Of a DNA stretch of 64,000 bases, positions 36,599 through 49,503 are shown piece after piece (positions within the stretch are counted from its first letter, which is position 1; each line of letters begins with the position of its first letter). The notes under the pieces were generated by a model. That model saw nothing but the letters and a program-made list of their open reading frames with translations, was not told the DNA's origin and did no database searches. Position numbers and translations under genes: made by a program. This stretch comes from Mobula hypostoma (taxonomy: Eukaryota): the NCBI RefSeq assembly GCF_963921235.1, contig NC_086097.1, positions 251,536,001 to 251,600,000 on the forward strand, read 5' to 3'.

Positions 36599-36982
36599 GT
36601 CCCTAGATTGAAAAGGTCAGGGTGGGTGGTGGGGCCAGTTCAGTTAGCTGCTGTGTGTGTGTGTGTGTGTGTCTCTGTCTGTCTCTGTCCCTAGATTGAA
36701 AAGGTCAGGGTGGATGGTGGGGCCAGTTCAGTTAGCTGGTGTGTGTGTGTGTCTGTCTGTCTGTCTGTCTGTCTCTGTCCCTAGACTGAAAAGGTCAGGG
36801 TGTTGGGGCCGGTTCAGTTAGCTGCTGTGTGTATGTCTGTCTGTCTGTCTGTCTCTGTCCCTAGATTGAAAAGGTCAGGATGTGTGTGTGTGTGTGTGTG
36901 TGTGTCTGTCTGTCTCTGTCCCTAGATTGAAAAGGTCAGGGTGGATGGTGGGGCCAGTTCAGTTAGCTGGTGTGTGTGTGTG

Positions 36983-37013
<31 letters not shown>

Positions 37014-37064
37014 GTCCCTAGATTGAAAAGGTCAGGGTGGGTGGTGGGGCCAGTTCAGTTAGCT

Positions 37065-37112
<48 letters not shown>

Positions 37113-37180
37113 TGTCTGTCTGTCTCTGTCCCTGGACTGAAAAGGTGAGGGTGGGTGTTGGGGCCGGTTTGGTTCGCTGC
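36405..37180 (+). repeat. Compound tandem repeat: ~9 copies of a ~55-bp core separated by variable (TG)n(TCTG)n tracts
   Basis: Core tctctgtccctagattgaaaaggtcagggtgg.tggtggggccagttcagttagctg. Confidence 0.92.
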
Positions 37181-37840
37181 TCTGTGAGGGTTAATTGTCT
37201 CTGCGCTGAGCTGAGGCAGTGGCCTGCAACTGATGAGATCCTGAATCATGCTTCAGTGATGCCTGGCTTTGAATCTGTGGACTCACTTTCATGAACTTCA
37301 GTTCTGAATGTTTATTGTTTGCATGATTTGTTTTTTTGCTCTGCCTATTGGGTGTTTGATGGTTTATTTTAATGGTTACTATTGGGTTTCTTTGTAATTG
37401 TATAGAGATGCAGTGTAGAATAGCCTCTTCTGGCCCTTCGAGCCATGCTGTCCAACAACCCACCAATTAAATCCTAGCCTAAGCACAGGACAATTTACTA
37501 TAACCAATTAACCTACTAACCGGTACGTCTTTGGACTGTGGGAGGAAACCGGAGCACCCGGAGGAAACCCACGTACACACAGAAAATAATGTACAGACTT
37601 GCCTACAGAGGAAGCTGCAGTGAACTCTGAACTCCAGTGCCCTGAGCTGGAATAGCATTGCGCTAACCATGGCTTTTTTATGAAGCTGCATGTACAAATG
37701 TATGCCGTACAGTTAACTATATTGTAATATTTCAACAGAAGTCTGGTTTATCAATGTATTTCTAATAGTAAGTATAAGAAATTATGTTTTATAATGCTGA
37801 AATCCATTGTTTCTTAACAGTACAAGTTTAAAATGTACAT

Positions 37841-38332
37841 CCCCTGAGCATGGTAGTGTCGCGGTTAGTATAATGTTATTACAGTGCCAACAACCAGGGT
37901 TCAATTGCTGTCACTGTCTGTCAGGAGTTTGTACGTTGTCCGCGTGACCTGCGGGGTTCCTCCCCTGAGCATGGTAGTGTCGCGGTTAGTATAATGTTAT
38001 TACAGTGCCAACAACCAGGGTTCAATTGCTGTCACTGTCTGTCAGGAGTTTGTACGTTGTCCCCGTGACCTGCGTGGGTTCATCCCCTGAGCATGGTAGT
38101 GTCGCGGTTAGTATAATGTTATTACAGTGCCAACAGCCAGGGTTCAATTGCTGTCACTGTCTGTCAGGAGTTTGTACGTTGTCCGCGTGACCTGCGGGGG
38201 TTCATCCCCTGAGCATGGTAGTGTCGCGGTTAGTATAATGTTATTACAGTGCCAACAACCAGGGTTCAATTGCTGTCACTGTCTGTCAGAAGTTTGTACG
38301 TTGTCCCCGTGACCTGCGTGGGCACTTTAGAC
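37841..38332 (+). repeat. Four tandem ~122-bp copies of a V-SINE 5' half
   Basis: cccctgagcatggtagtgtcgcgg starts at 37841, 37962, 38084 and 38206. Confidence 0.92.
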
Positions 38333-38346
38333 TCCTCCCAAATTCC

Positions 38347-40290
38347 TTTAAATCTTTTTATTGAATAAGTATACAAAAAGGTAAACCATATAAACATTAA
38401 TACAATGTTAAAATATAATAAAATTCCAGAAGGTATCAATACCAAAAAAAATACTACAAACAATGTAATTTAAACATAAAAAACCAAGATAACATAATAG
38501 TATACTAAATTTTATATATATATCAATGGAAAAAAAAGAAAAAAAAACCCCCAAAAAAAAACCCACTGTGCAACTAACTAAAAGCAAAGCAAAGCAATGG
38601 GCTAACTTGAAACCAAACAGAGTTAAACTTAAAATCACGTCTTCAATCCCGACCTCCATTAAAAACAGTGAAAAAAAACAAGAAGGGTATATATTACATT
38701 AAATGAAAGTATCGAATAAAAGGTCCCCAAATCTGTTCAAATTTAAATGAAGAATCATAAAGGTTGCTTCTAATTTTCTCCAGATTCAAACATAAAATTG
38801 TCTGAGAGAACCAAAAAAAGGTAGTTGGAGCATTAAGCTCTTTCCAATGTTGTAAAATACATCTTTTCGCCATTAAAGTAAGAAATGCGATCATTCTACG
38901 GGCTGAAGGGGAAAGATTACTAGAAATTTTGGAAAGTCCAAAGATAGCAGTAATAGGGTGAGGAGAGATATCTATATTTAATACCTTAGAAATAATATTA
39001 AAAATATCTCTCCAAAAAGTTTCCAAAGTAGGACAAGACCAAAACATATGAGTTAAAGAGGCTATCTGCCCCGAACATCTATCACAAAAAGGATTAATAT
39101 GCGAGTAAAAACGCGCTAACTTATCTTTGGACATATGTGCTCTATGAACCACTTTAAATTGAATTAGGGAATGTTTAGCACAAATAGAGGAAGTATTAAC
39201 TAATTGTAAAATCTGCCCCCAATCATCCACAGAAATGGTAAGCCCCAATTCCTGTTCCCAATCTACCCTAATCTTATCAAATGCTTTCCTAAGTTTCATA
39301 ATAATATTATAAATCATAGCCGATGCACCTTTCTGACATGGATTAAGGTTAATTATCGAATCTAAAATATATGTAGGAGGAAGCATAGGAAAGGAAGAAA
39401 GTATAGTACTTAGGAAATTTCTAACTTGTAAATATCTAAAAAAATGTATTCTTGATAAATTATATTTATTAGATAATTGTTCAAAAGACATAAGGGAACC
39501 ATCTAAAAATAAATCCAAAAACCGTAAAATACCCTTAGTCTTCCAGGTTTGAAAAGCGCGATCCGTAAAAGAGGGAGGAAAAAATATGTTACCTAAAATA
39601 GGAATCGCTAACCCGAATTGATTAAGATCAAAAAATTTTCTGAATTGAAACCAAATGCGCAAAGCATATTTAACTATCGGGTTAGAGACCTGCTTAAGGC
39701 GTTTCGAATCAAAAGGGAGAGAGGAGCCTAAAATAGAGCCAAGTGTATAACCCTGAACAGATTGTAGTTCCAATGCTACCCATTTAGGACTAGATAGTAT
39801 ATCCTGATCAAGTAACCAAAATTTCATATGTCGAATATTAATAGCCCAATAATAGAATCTAAAATTAGGTAATGCTAAACCTCCATCTCTCTTAGCTTTC
39901 TGTAAATGTATTTTACCCAGTCTCGGATTCTTATTCTGCCAAATAAATGAAGAAATTTTAGAGTCAACTTTATCAAAGAAAGATTTTGGAACAAAAATTG
40001 GTAATGCCTGAAACACATATAAAAATTTTGGCAAAAAAAACATCTTAACTGCATTAATACGACCAATCAAAGTTAAATATAAGGGAAACCATTTAGATGA
40101 AAGTTGAGTAATATGGTCTATTAATGGTAAAAAGTTAATCTTAAATAAATCTTTATATTTACAAGTAATTTTAATCCCAAGATAAGAAAAATAATTATCA
40201 ATCAATTTAAATGGAAATTTATAATATAAGGGAAGATGTTTATTAATCGGAAAGAGTTCACTCTTACTAAGATTTAATTTATAACCTGAA
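38347..40290 (-). mobile_element. Young 5'-truncated L1-clade LINE (ORF2 C-terminal part)
   Basis: Frame open 40289 to 38694 (SGYKLNLSKSE, YLGI, LTLIGRINAVKM, GGLALPNF, CDRC..HMFWSC); perfect 14-bp TSD TCCTCCCAAATTCC (38333-38346, 40291-40304). Confidence 0.92.
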
Positions 40291-40787
40291 TCCTCCCAAA
40301 TTCCAAAGATGTACAGGTTCGCGCACCACAGTAGCGTAGCAGTTAGTACGAAGCTATTACAGCTCAGGGTATCAGAGTTCAGGGTTGAATCCTGGCGTCT
40401 GTAAGGATTTTATATGTCCTTCCCTTGGAATGCATAAGTTTTCTCCAGGTGCTCCAGTTTCCCCTCCCAGTCCCAAGGCATACTGGTTAGTAGGTTAATT
40501 GGTCATTGTAAATTATCCTGTGATTAGGCTCAGGTTAAATCATTGGTTGCTGGGTGATGCAGCTTGAAGGGCTAGAAGGGTCTGTTCTGCGCTGTCTCAC
40601 TAAATAAAATGTGTGGAGGTTAACTGGTCACGTGGGTGGTGTGGCTTGTTGGGCCGGAAGGGCCTGTTACTGTGCTGCATCTCTGTCTAAAATATAGAAA
40701 AATTGTGAGTTGGTTTGGACAGAAGGATATGTTCCTTTGTCTATTGCTGCTCTTGTAATTTCTTTATCCTCTTTTCTTTCCACTCAG

Positions 40788-40946
40788 AGACTTCAGCATA
40801 AATTTGTTGCTCTGCCAGGAAACCTTTCAGACCCCTTCGCAAGAATTCTTCATTCGACTGACCCAGACTTGTTTGCTCCCGTTCTGCATGTCGGTGCTGC
40901 TTATCTGCCTGTTCTCAACCTTGCAAGTCGTGGCCAGGAAGTTTCG
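40788..40946 (+). CDS. DPY19L4: DPY19L4 exon (159 nt): (R)DFSINLLLCQETFQTPSQEFFIRLTQTCLLPFCMSVLLICLFSTLQVVARKF(R)
   Basis: long pyrimidine tract, actcag|A ... TTTCG|gtaaag. Confidence 0.92.
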
Positions 40947-41502
40947 GTAAAGAAGAAACTCCATGCAATTTAAGTGGGGTATTGCATCCGCAGTGAAATA
41001 TCTTGGCATAGTCATTAAAGAAATAGTTTAGTGTAAATACTTATTTGTTTGTACCATAAACCACTTTGATCTTCCCTATCTGTCTTTAAGTGAAAATTCA
41101 AATTTCTTGTCATCTGACTGTACAAATATACAACTGAACAAAACAATGTTCCTCCTGACCACAGTGCATCCACAATACGTATAAAACTCACAACGCAAAA
41201 TAAAATAATTCCATACATAAGTTAATAAAATATAATTTAAAATGCATGTAGTGCACAGTGCGGATAAACTAAACACCTCAATGTCCCACTGGTGAGACCT
41301 TGGTGGAGGGTGGGTATTCATTAGTCTCACAGTCTAAATCTTTCAAGAGAACTAATACTGAAGGAGCGCTGGGCCATTGAACGTAGTGTCTTTTGGATTA
41401 GAAATAAACTTAAAGCCCATTTGATGTCTTTGATGGACATGGTGATAATCTGTGGTGTCATACTCTTAGACGACATAAAATGGTATAACTGGGTATAATC
41501 AC

Positions 41503-41504
<2 letters not shown>

Positions 41505-41556
<52 letters not shown>
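41505..41556 (+). repeat. (TG)n microsatellite; another at 47598-47643
   Basis: Direct inspection. Confidence 0.97.
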
Positions 41557-41558
<2 letters not shown>

Positions 41559-41634
41559 CGTTGTCTGCACGCTGACCATCTCATTTCCAAAACTGCAGCA
41601 TTGGCCTCACTTCAGAAACACTGTCTTGGTTGTA

Positions 41635-41835
41635 ACACATGCACAAAATACCGGAGGAACTCAGCATCTGTGGAGAGTGGTAAACATTCGAGGTTTTGGG
41701 GCCAGGACCCTTCATCAGGACTCAGCCCACAGGATCGACTGTTTATTCCTTTCCATTGATGCTGCCTGGCCTGCTGAGTTCCTCCAGCATTCTGTATGTG
41801 TTACTTAAAGGGTTCCTGCATCTGCAGAATTTTTT
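41635..41835. mobile_element. Penelope-derived fold-back fragment
   Basis: ggaggaactcagca ... tgctgagttcctcc inverted arms around gacccttcatcagga. Confidence 0.65.
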
Positions 41836-42469
41836 GTTGTCATTCAACTATACAGATGTCAACAGCTAAACCAAACAATACTCCTCTGGAAACACGGTGG
41901 GTTGTAAGGTATTTTGGTACATCTTATAAGGAATGTGATAAGCTGTAGATATTTTCCGTTATTTTACTCTACCATGGAGCACATTTACAAAGAGCATTGT
42001 CCATCATCAAGGGCCACCACCATCCAGACCATGCTCTCTTCTCACTGCTGTATCAGGAGGAAGCTACAGGAACCTCAAGTCATCAGGTTCAGGAACAGTT
42101 ATTACACCTCAACCATCAGGCTCTTGAAATAGAGGGGATAACTTCACTCAACACACACTGAACTGTTCTTACAAACTATGGACTCACTTCAAGGACTCTT
42201 ATCAAGTTCTCAATATTTATTGCTTATTTGTGTATTATTATTTTTCTTCTTTTTGTATTTGCACAATTTGTTCTCTTTTGCACACTGGTTATTTGTCCAC
42301 TTCGTGTGTAGTTTTTCATTGATTCTATTGTGTTTCTTTGCTGTTACTGTGAATACCTGCAAGAAAATGAATCTCAGGCTGGTATAAGGTGACGTATATG
42401 CACTTGGATAATAAATTTACTTTGAACTTTGAACGGATACAAACAGTATAGCTGCTTCAGTATAGGTTC

Positions 42470-42958
42470 ACATAGATGATGGATGAGCTCACCTCATCCT
42501 TTAATATCACCTCCTTGAACAAGAATGCACAACAGTGCCTCCACTTCCTACAAAGATTGAAGCAAGCAAGGCTTCCCTCGCCTATCTTAACTGCGTTTTA
42601 CAGGAGCACCATTGAGAGTGTCCTGACAAGTTGCGTCCCCATCTGGTCTGGGAGCAGTCAAGCATCAGACCAGAAGTCCCTACAAAGGACTGTGAGAATG
42701 GCTGTGAAGATCATAGGGGTCTCCCTACCATCCATGGGGGGCATTTATCAGGAGTGTAGCATACACAGGACCCTTAGCATTATTAAGGATCCCATCCATC
42801 CATTAGCATCCTCTGACTTTCTACTGTTGGCAGGAGACTCTGATGCAGAAAAACAAAAACGGTCAGGATGAGAAACTGTTTCTTTCCCAGACCATTAGGT
42901 ATACATTATATGGTTATATACATGTATGTAGTTAAATGACAATAAACTTGACTTGACT
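42470..42958 (+). mobile_element. Rex/Babar 3' fragment with (CTTGA)n tail
   Basis: ORF 42476..42871: AQQCLHFLQRLK...FYRSTIESVLT. Confidence 0.8.
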
Positions 42959-43114
42959 GGAGGGAGTGAATGACAGACACCATGATCATGAATCTGAAGG
43001 TTCTATATGGTATACATCCTACGATAAATGTAACTTGAATTTAATTTTCCTTGAATTTTTTGAATGAAATGGCATATAAATAATGAGGTATTTACTGTTG
43101 ACTTTGTGTTTTAG

Positions 43115-43234
43115 TGATGTGCCACAAAAAGCTGCTGACTTGTCCGATATGGTGATGATTGGTGAAAGGCCTGAGGTGGTATACCACACTCTACATTTGC
43201 TGCTGTTCGGCTTACTGGCACTGCTCTTCCAAGG
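43115..43234 (+). CDS. DPY19L4: DPY19L4 exon (120 nt): (R)DVPQKAADLSDMVMIGERPEVVYHTLHLLLFGLLALLFQ(G)
   Basis: ttttag|T ... CAAGG|gtgagt; IGERPE motif. Confidence 0.92.
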
Positions 43235-43430
43235 GTGAGTGTATTTCTGTGAATGCCCTTTAAAATGATGCCCAGCGATGAGAACAGTAAGTCTTATGAA
43301 ATATAAACACAAGATTCTGCAGAAGCTGGAGATCCAGAGCATCTCACTCAAGATGCTGGAGGAACTCAGCAGGTCAAGCAGCATTTATGGAGACTAGTAA
43401 AGAATTAATGTTTTGGGCCAAGACTTGTCT

Positions 43431-45252
43431 TAGACAATAGACAATAGGTGCAGGAGTAGGCCATCCGGCCCTTCGAGCCAGCACCGCCATTCACTGTGAT
43501 CATGGCTGATCATCCACTATCAGTATCCAGTTCCTGCCTTATCCCCATAACCTTTGATTCCACTATCTTTAAGAGCTCTATCCATCTCTTTCTTGAAAGC
43601 ATCCAGAGATTTGGCCTCCACAGCCTTCTGGGGCAGAGCATTCCATATATCCACCACTCTCTGGGTGAAAAAGTTTTTCCTCAACTCCGTTCTAAATGGC
43701 CTACCCCTTATTCTTAAACTGTGGCCTCTGGTTCTGGACTCACCCATCAGTGGGAACATGCTTCCTGCCTCCAGCGTGTCCAATCCCTTAATAATCTTAT
43801 ATGTTTTAATAAGATCCCCTCTCAGCCTTCTAAATTCCAGAGTATACAAGCCCAGTTGCTCCAATCTTTCAACATATGACAGTCCCGCCATCCCGGGAAT
43901 TACCTTGTGAACCTACGCTGCACTCCTTCAATAGCAAGAATGTCCTTCCTCAAATATGGAGACCAAAACTGCACACAGTACTCCAGGTGTGGTCTCACCA
44001 GGGCCCTGTACGGCTGCAGAAGGACCTCTTTGCTCTTATACTCAATTCCCCTTGTTATGAAGGCCAGCATGCCATTAGCTTTTTTCACTGCCTGCTGTAC
44101 TTGCATGCTTGCTTTCAGTGACTGATGCACAAGAACACCTAGATCTCGTTGTGCTTCCCCTTTTCCTAACTTGACTCCATTTAGATAATAATCTGCCTTC
44201 CTGTTCTTACCACCAAAGTGGATAACTTCACATTTATCCACATTAAACTGCATCTGCCATGCATCTACCCACTCACCCAGCCTGTCCAAGTCACCCTGCA
44301 TTCTCATAACATCCTCCTCACATTTCACACTGCCACCTAGCTTTGTGTCATCGGCAAATTTGCTAATGTTACTTTTAATCATTAATATATATTGTAAACA
44401 GCTGCGGTCCCAGCACTGAACCCTGCGGTACCCCACTGGTCACCGCCTGCCATTCCAAAAGGGACCCATTAATCGCTACTCTTTGTTTTCTGTCAGCCAG
44501 CCAGCCAATTTTCAATCCATGTCAGTACTCTGCCCCCAATACCATGTGCCCTAATTTTGCCCACTAATCTCCTATGTGGGACTTTATCAAAGGCTTTCTG
44601 AAAGTCCAGGTACACTACATCCACTGGCTCTCCCTTGTCCATTTTCATAGTTACATCCTAAAAAAATTCCAGAAGATTAGTCAAGCACGATTTCCCCTTC
44701 GTAAATCCATGCTGACTTGGACCAATCCTGTTACTACTATCCAGATGTGTCGTAATTTCATCTTTTATAATTGACTCCAGCATCTTTCCCACCACTGACA
44801 TCAGGCTAACCGGTCTATAATTCCCTGTTTTCTTTCTTCCTCCTTTCTTGAAGAGAGGGACAACATTAGCCACCCTCCAATCCACAGTGACAGATCCTGA
44901 ATCTATAGAACATTGGAAAATGATTACCAATGCGTCCACGATTTCTAAAGCCACCTTCTTAAGTACCCTGGGATGCAGACCATCAGGTCCCGGGGACTTA
45001 TCAGCCTTCAGACCCAACAGCCTATCCAACACCATTTCCTGCCTAATATAAATTTCCCTCAGTTCATCCATTACCCTAGGTCCTTTGGCCACTATTACAT
45101 CTGGGAGATTGTTTGTGTCTTCCCTAGTGAAGACAGATCCAAAGTACCTGTTCAACTTATCTGCCATTTCCTTGTTCCCCATAATAAATTCACCCACTTC
45201 TGTCTTCAAGGGCCCAATTTTGGTCTTAACTATTTTTTTCCTTTTCACATAC
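43431..45252 (-). mobile_element. Relatively young CR1 LINE (RT and 3' end) inserted into a Penelope terminal fragment (~43305-43430 and ~45253-45590)
   Basis: ORFs 44658..45248, 43900..44436 (KFADDTKL) and 43520..43891; tagacaatagacaatag tail. Confidence 0.9.
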
Positions 45253-46557
45253 CTTCAGGAAGGGGTAAGAAACCAGAATGAGAAGGTGGATGCAGGGAAA
45301 GAAGGACAGTCTAGGTGAAGCCAGGTGGGTGGGGAATGGGGAGTGAACTAAGATGCTGGAAGGTGATGGGTGAGAAAGGTGAGGGGCTGGAGAAGAAGGA
45401 ATCTGGTAGGAGAGGAGAGTGGACTATGAGAGGAGGGGTACTGGAGGGGTGATGGGTGAGAAGAGGTTAGAGGTTAGAGTTGACGGAATAGAAGAAGTGG
45501 GAATGGGATGGGAAAGAAACAAAAAGGCTCCCGGAAGCAGAAATCAATGTTCACGCCATCAGGCTGGAGGCTACCGAGTCAGAAATCTTATAAAAGAGAT
45601 GGAGGAGTTGTAGCAGATGTTGGATTGGGGTGTAGAATTGTTTTTTTTGTAGTTTAATTTTCCTATGCTTGTTTGTATTTTTATATAATCATCCATGTAT
45701 GTGGAATTGTTCAGTGAATTTTTCAGTAATTACTGTACAGTTGCTTCTGTATTTTTCCAGAAACTACTTAGTTTTCAGTAGCAGATGTCACATCACTTGA
45801 ATCTAGCTGTTGTAGTTATCACTGGAGATGGGGTTTCCTCTGCCCTGAGTATCAGGTGACCATCACTATATTTCGCTCCTTTTGTTCATTTGTCGTCCTT
45901 TTAACACTTATTAAAACAATCATAAGCTTTATGCTTTATGCTTTTATGCTTGTTTTTGATTTCTGAAGAACCTTTGGATCAGAAAGGTATCAGGATCCAT
46001 CATTGGCCTTGACAGCATTTTTTAAACATTCATATCCAGTGAGAACTTCAGAAACTGATATAATTCAATAAATTATTCAGGGTAGTATTTTCTCAGTTAG
46101 ATATGTATTGCTGAGTATTTTGTAGGAATTAGTCGCTTTTAGAATTTGGCATAAAGTTTACTAGCTTCTTTCCAAATCACTGGGAGGTGAAAGGAAAGCT
46201 GTATGTAAATACCTAGTGGGGAATCAAACTGCCCATGGGAACAAAAACTAGTCCTTGTTTGAGCGGGACTATAAATAGGTGGAACATGTGAAAACACGCT
46301 TCTTCACCAGTGGCTCAGGGTTCTGTTGTGCAAGTTGCTGAACAGCACTGAGTATACACAGTCAGGAAAGCTCACCATGGCCTCTACTTTCTGAGGAGGC
46401 TGAGGAGAGTTGGACTTTGCATGGCTGTACTTGTGTCATTCTGCAGATGCACAGTAGAGAGCTTCCTGACACGCTGCACGGTACAGAAACTGCACTGTGG
46501 CAGGCAGGAAGGCTCGACAACAGGTAGTCAGAACTGCCCAGTGCATCACCAGCACCA

Positions 46558-47118
46558 GCTGCGCAGGTTGACTCTGTGGTTAAGAAGGCGTACGGTGTAT
46601 TGGCCTTCATCAATCGTGGAATTGAATTTAGGAGCCGAGAGGTAATGTTGCAGCTATATAGGACCCTGGTCAGACCCCACTTGGAGTACTGTGCTCAGTT
46701 CTGGTCACCTCACTACAGGAAGGATGTGGAAGCCATAGAAAGGGTGCAGAGGAGATTTACAAGGATGTTGCCTGGATTGGGGAGCATGCCTTATGAAAAC
46801 AGGTTGAGTGAACTCGGCCTTTTCTCCTTGGAGCAACAGAGGATGAGAGGTGACCTGACAGAGGTGTATAAGATGATGAGAGGCATTGATCATGTGGATA
46901 GTCAGAGGCTGGTCCAGGGCTGAAATGATTGCCACAAGAGGACACAGGTTTAAGGTGCTGGGGAGTAGGTTTTTTACTCAGAGAGTGGTGAGTGTGTGGA
47001 ATGGGCTGCCGGCAACGGTGGTGGAGGCGGATACGATAGGGTTTTTTAAGAGACTTTTGGATAGGTACGTGGAGCTTAGAAAAATAGAGGGCTATGGGTA
47101 TGCCTAGTAATTTCTAAG
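46558..47118 (+). mobile_element. CR1 3' fragment nested in a Rex/Babar relic (~46370-46557 and ~47120-47305)
   Basis: ORF 46576..46923: LYRTLVRPHLEYCAQFWSP. Confidence 0.82.
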
Positions 47119-47595
47119 GATTTTTGACTGGACAGTGAACTCATGAACACTATCTATATCCTTGATGTCTTTTTGTACTACTCATTTTTTACATATATTT
47201 CTTATTGCAATTTATATATATTCTACAAAGTATGTATTACAATGTACTACTGCTGCAAAACAATAACTTTCATGACATATGTCTGTGATAATAAATCTGA
47301 ATCAGTTTCCAAACTATATAACTCTTTGGCGCCACAGTTAGTGCGAAGCTATTTCAACTTGGGGCATTGGAGTTTGGAGTTCAACCTGTCATCCTCTGTA
47401 AGGAGTTTTACATCCTCCCTGTGGAATCCATGGGTTTCTTCCGGGTGCTCCAGTTTCCTCCTACAGTCCAAAGACATATTGGCTCGTAGGTTAATTGTCA
47501 TTGTAAATTGTGCCATGATTAGGCTAGGGTTTTAAATTAGTGGGTTGCTGGGTGGTGCACCTTGAAGGGCCGGCCGGAAGGTGCTGTATGCTGTA

Positions 47596-47649
<54 letters not shown>

Positions 47650-48084
47650 AATAATTCTCTGGTGTATTTTAATTATTGGACAGGCAGTGGCGCTATTGAG
47701 CAACTTTTTTTTTCAAATTGCAGTATGTTGTTCACAGTGAGGGTAGGTGGCTGAGGTGTTTATCAGAGATGACTTGTTAATCAAGCTGGTGTTAACTTAA
47801 AACCTCTTCTTCCCCTCTGCCATCCAATTCCTAAATGGACATTGAACCCTTGGACACTACCTCACTTTTTAAATATACTGTATTTATGTTTTTTGCATGT
47901 TTTTAATCTATTCAATATACATATACTGTAATTGATTTACTTTATTATTTTTATTTGATTTTTCTTTCTCTTCTAGATTATGTATTGCATTGAACTGCTG
48001 CTGCTAGGTTAACAAATTTGACGTCACATGCCGCAGATAAGAAACCTGATTCTGATTCTTTGCTGCATTTTTGTACCCTCACAG

Positions 48085-48205
48085 CTTAAAGTATTTATGG
48101 ACTCCTTATGCTTGCATGTTTGCTGCCTTTGGTGTATGTTCCCCTCAGCTCTGGATGACTGTCTTTAAGTGGTTACGACTGAAAACTGTGCCTCCATTGC
48201 TTCTG
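48085..48205 (+). CDS. DPY19L4: DPY19L4 exon (121 nt): (G)[40 protein letters not shown]
   Basis: tcacag|C ... CTG|gtgagt; LKYLWTP motif. Confidence 0.95.
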
Positions 48206-48580
48206 GTGAGTCTGGAGTATTCCTTTAAAGATTAGATTAGCTTTATCTGTCACGTGCACACCAAAACATACAGCAGGATGTGTTGTTTGTGTCAATTCAG
48301 CAAGGATTGTGTTGGGAGCAGCCCGCAAGTCTTGCTGTGCTTCTGGCGCCAACGTAGCGTACCCACAACTCACTACCCCAAACCCGTGCATGTTTGAAAT
48401 GTCAGAGGAAATCTACATGGAGAACGTACAAACTCTTTACGGACAGTAATGGAGTTAAGCCCCGATCTTACCACTGGCACTGTATAGTAATGTACTAACT
48501 GCTGCACGAGCATGCCGCCTGATATAGTTCAATCATTAAAGCTCACGGGCTCTTCATTTTTCTTTCCCACTGAAGTAATA

Positions 48581-49503
48581 CTTTATGCTTTATTGTTGCC
48601 AAACAATTGATACTAGAATGTACAATCATCATAGCGATATTTGATTCTGCGCTTCCCGCTCCCCAGATTACAAATCAATAGTAAATATTAAAAATTTTAG
48701 TTATAAATCATAAATAGAAAATAGAAACATTGAAAGTAAGGTAACTGAGAGGCAGGTCCGGATATTTGGAGGGTACGGCCGGGATCCGGGTCAGGATCCG
48801 TTCAGCAGTCTTATCACAGTTGGAAAGAAGCTGTTCCCAAATCTGGCTGTACAACTCTTCAAGCTCCTGAACCTTCTCCCAGAGGGAAGAGGGACGAAAA
48901 GTGTGTTGGCTGGGTGGGTCGTGTCCTTGATTATCCTGGCAGCACTGCTCCGACAGCGTGCCGTGTAAAGTGAGTCCAAGCACGGAAGATTGGTTTGTGT
49001 GATGTGCTGTGCTGTGTTCATGATCTTCTGCAGCTTCTTTCAGTCTTGGACAGGACAGCTTCCATACCAGGTTGTGATGCACTCTAGAAGAATGCTTTAT
49101 GGTGCATCTATAAAAATTAGTGAGGGTTTTAGGGGACAGGCCAAATTTATTCTGTTTTCTCAGGAAGTAAAGGTGCTGGTGGGCCTTCTTGGCAGTGAAC
49201 TCTGCTTGGTTGGACCAAGTCAGGTCATTTGTGATATTGACCCTGAGGAACTTAAAGCTTTTGACCTGTTCCACTTGCACACCACCGATGTAAATTGGGT
49301 CGTGCGGTCCACTACTCCTTCTGAAGTCAACAACCAATTCCTTCGTCTTGCTGACATTGAGGGATAGGTTATTGTCTTCACACCATGCCACCAGGTTCTT
49401 AACTTCCTCTCTGTACTCAAACTCATTATTACCCGAGATACGGCCTACAATTGTGTCATCAGCAAACTTATATATAGAGATTGATGGAAACTTGGCTACA
49501 CAA
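48581..49503 (-). mobile_element. Rex/Babar LINE 3' fragment
   Basis: WCEDNNLSLNVSKTKELVVDFR; possible TSD TAATA (48576-48580, 49504-49508). Confidence 0.85.

Noticed and set aside
36405..37180. CRISPR-like repeat-spacer appearance
   Set aside because: Spacers are simple microsatellites, there are no cas genes, and the context is a vertebrate intron
38694..40205. 503-aa ORF as a host or domesticated gene
   Set aside because: 5'-truncated L1 ORF2 bounded by a TSD, with no true start; intactness reflects youth
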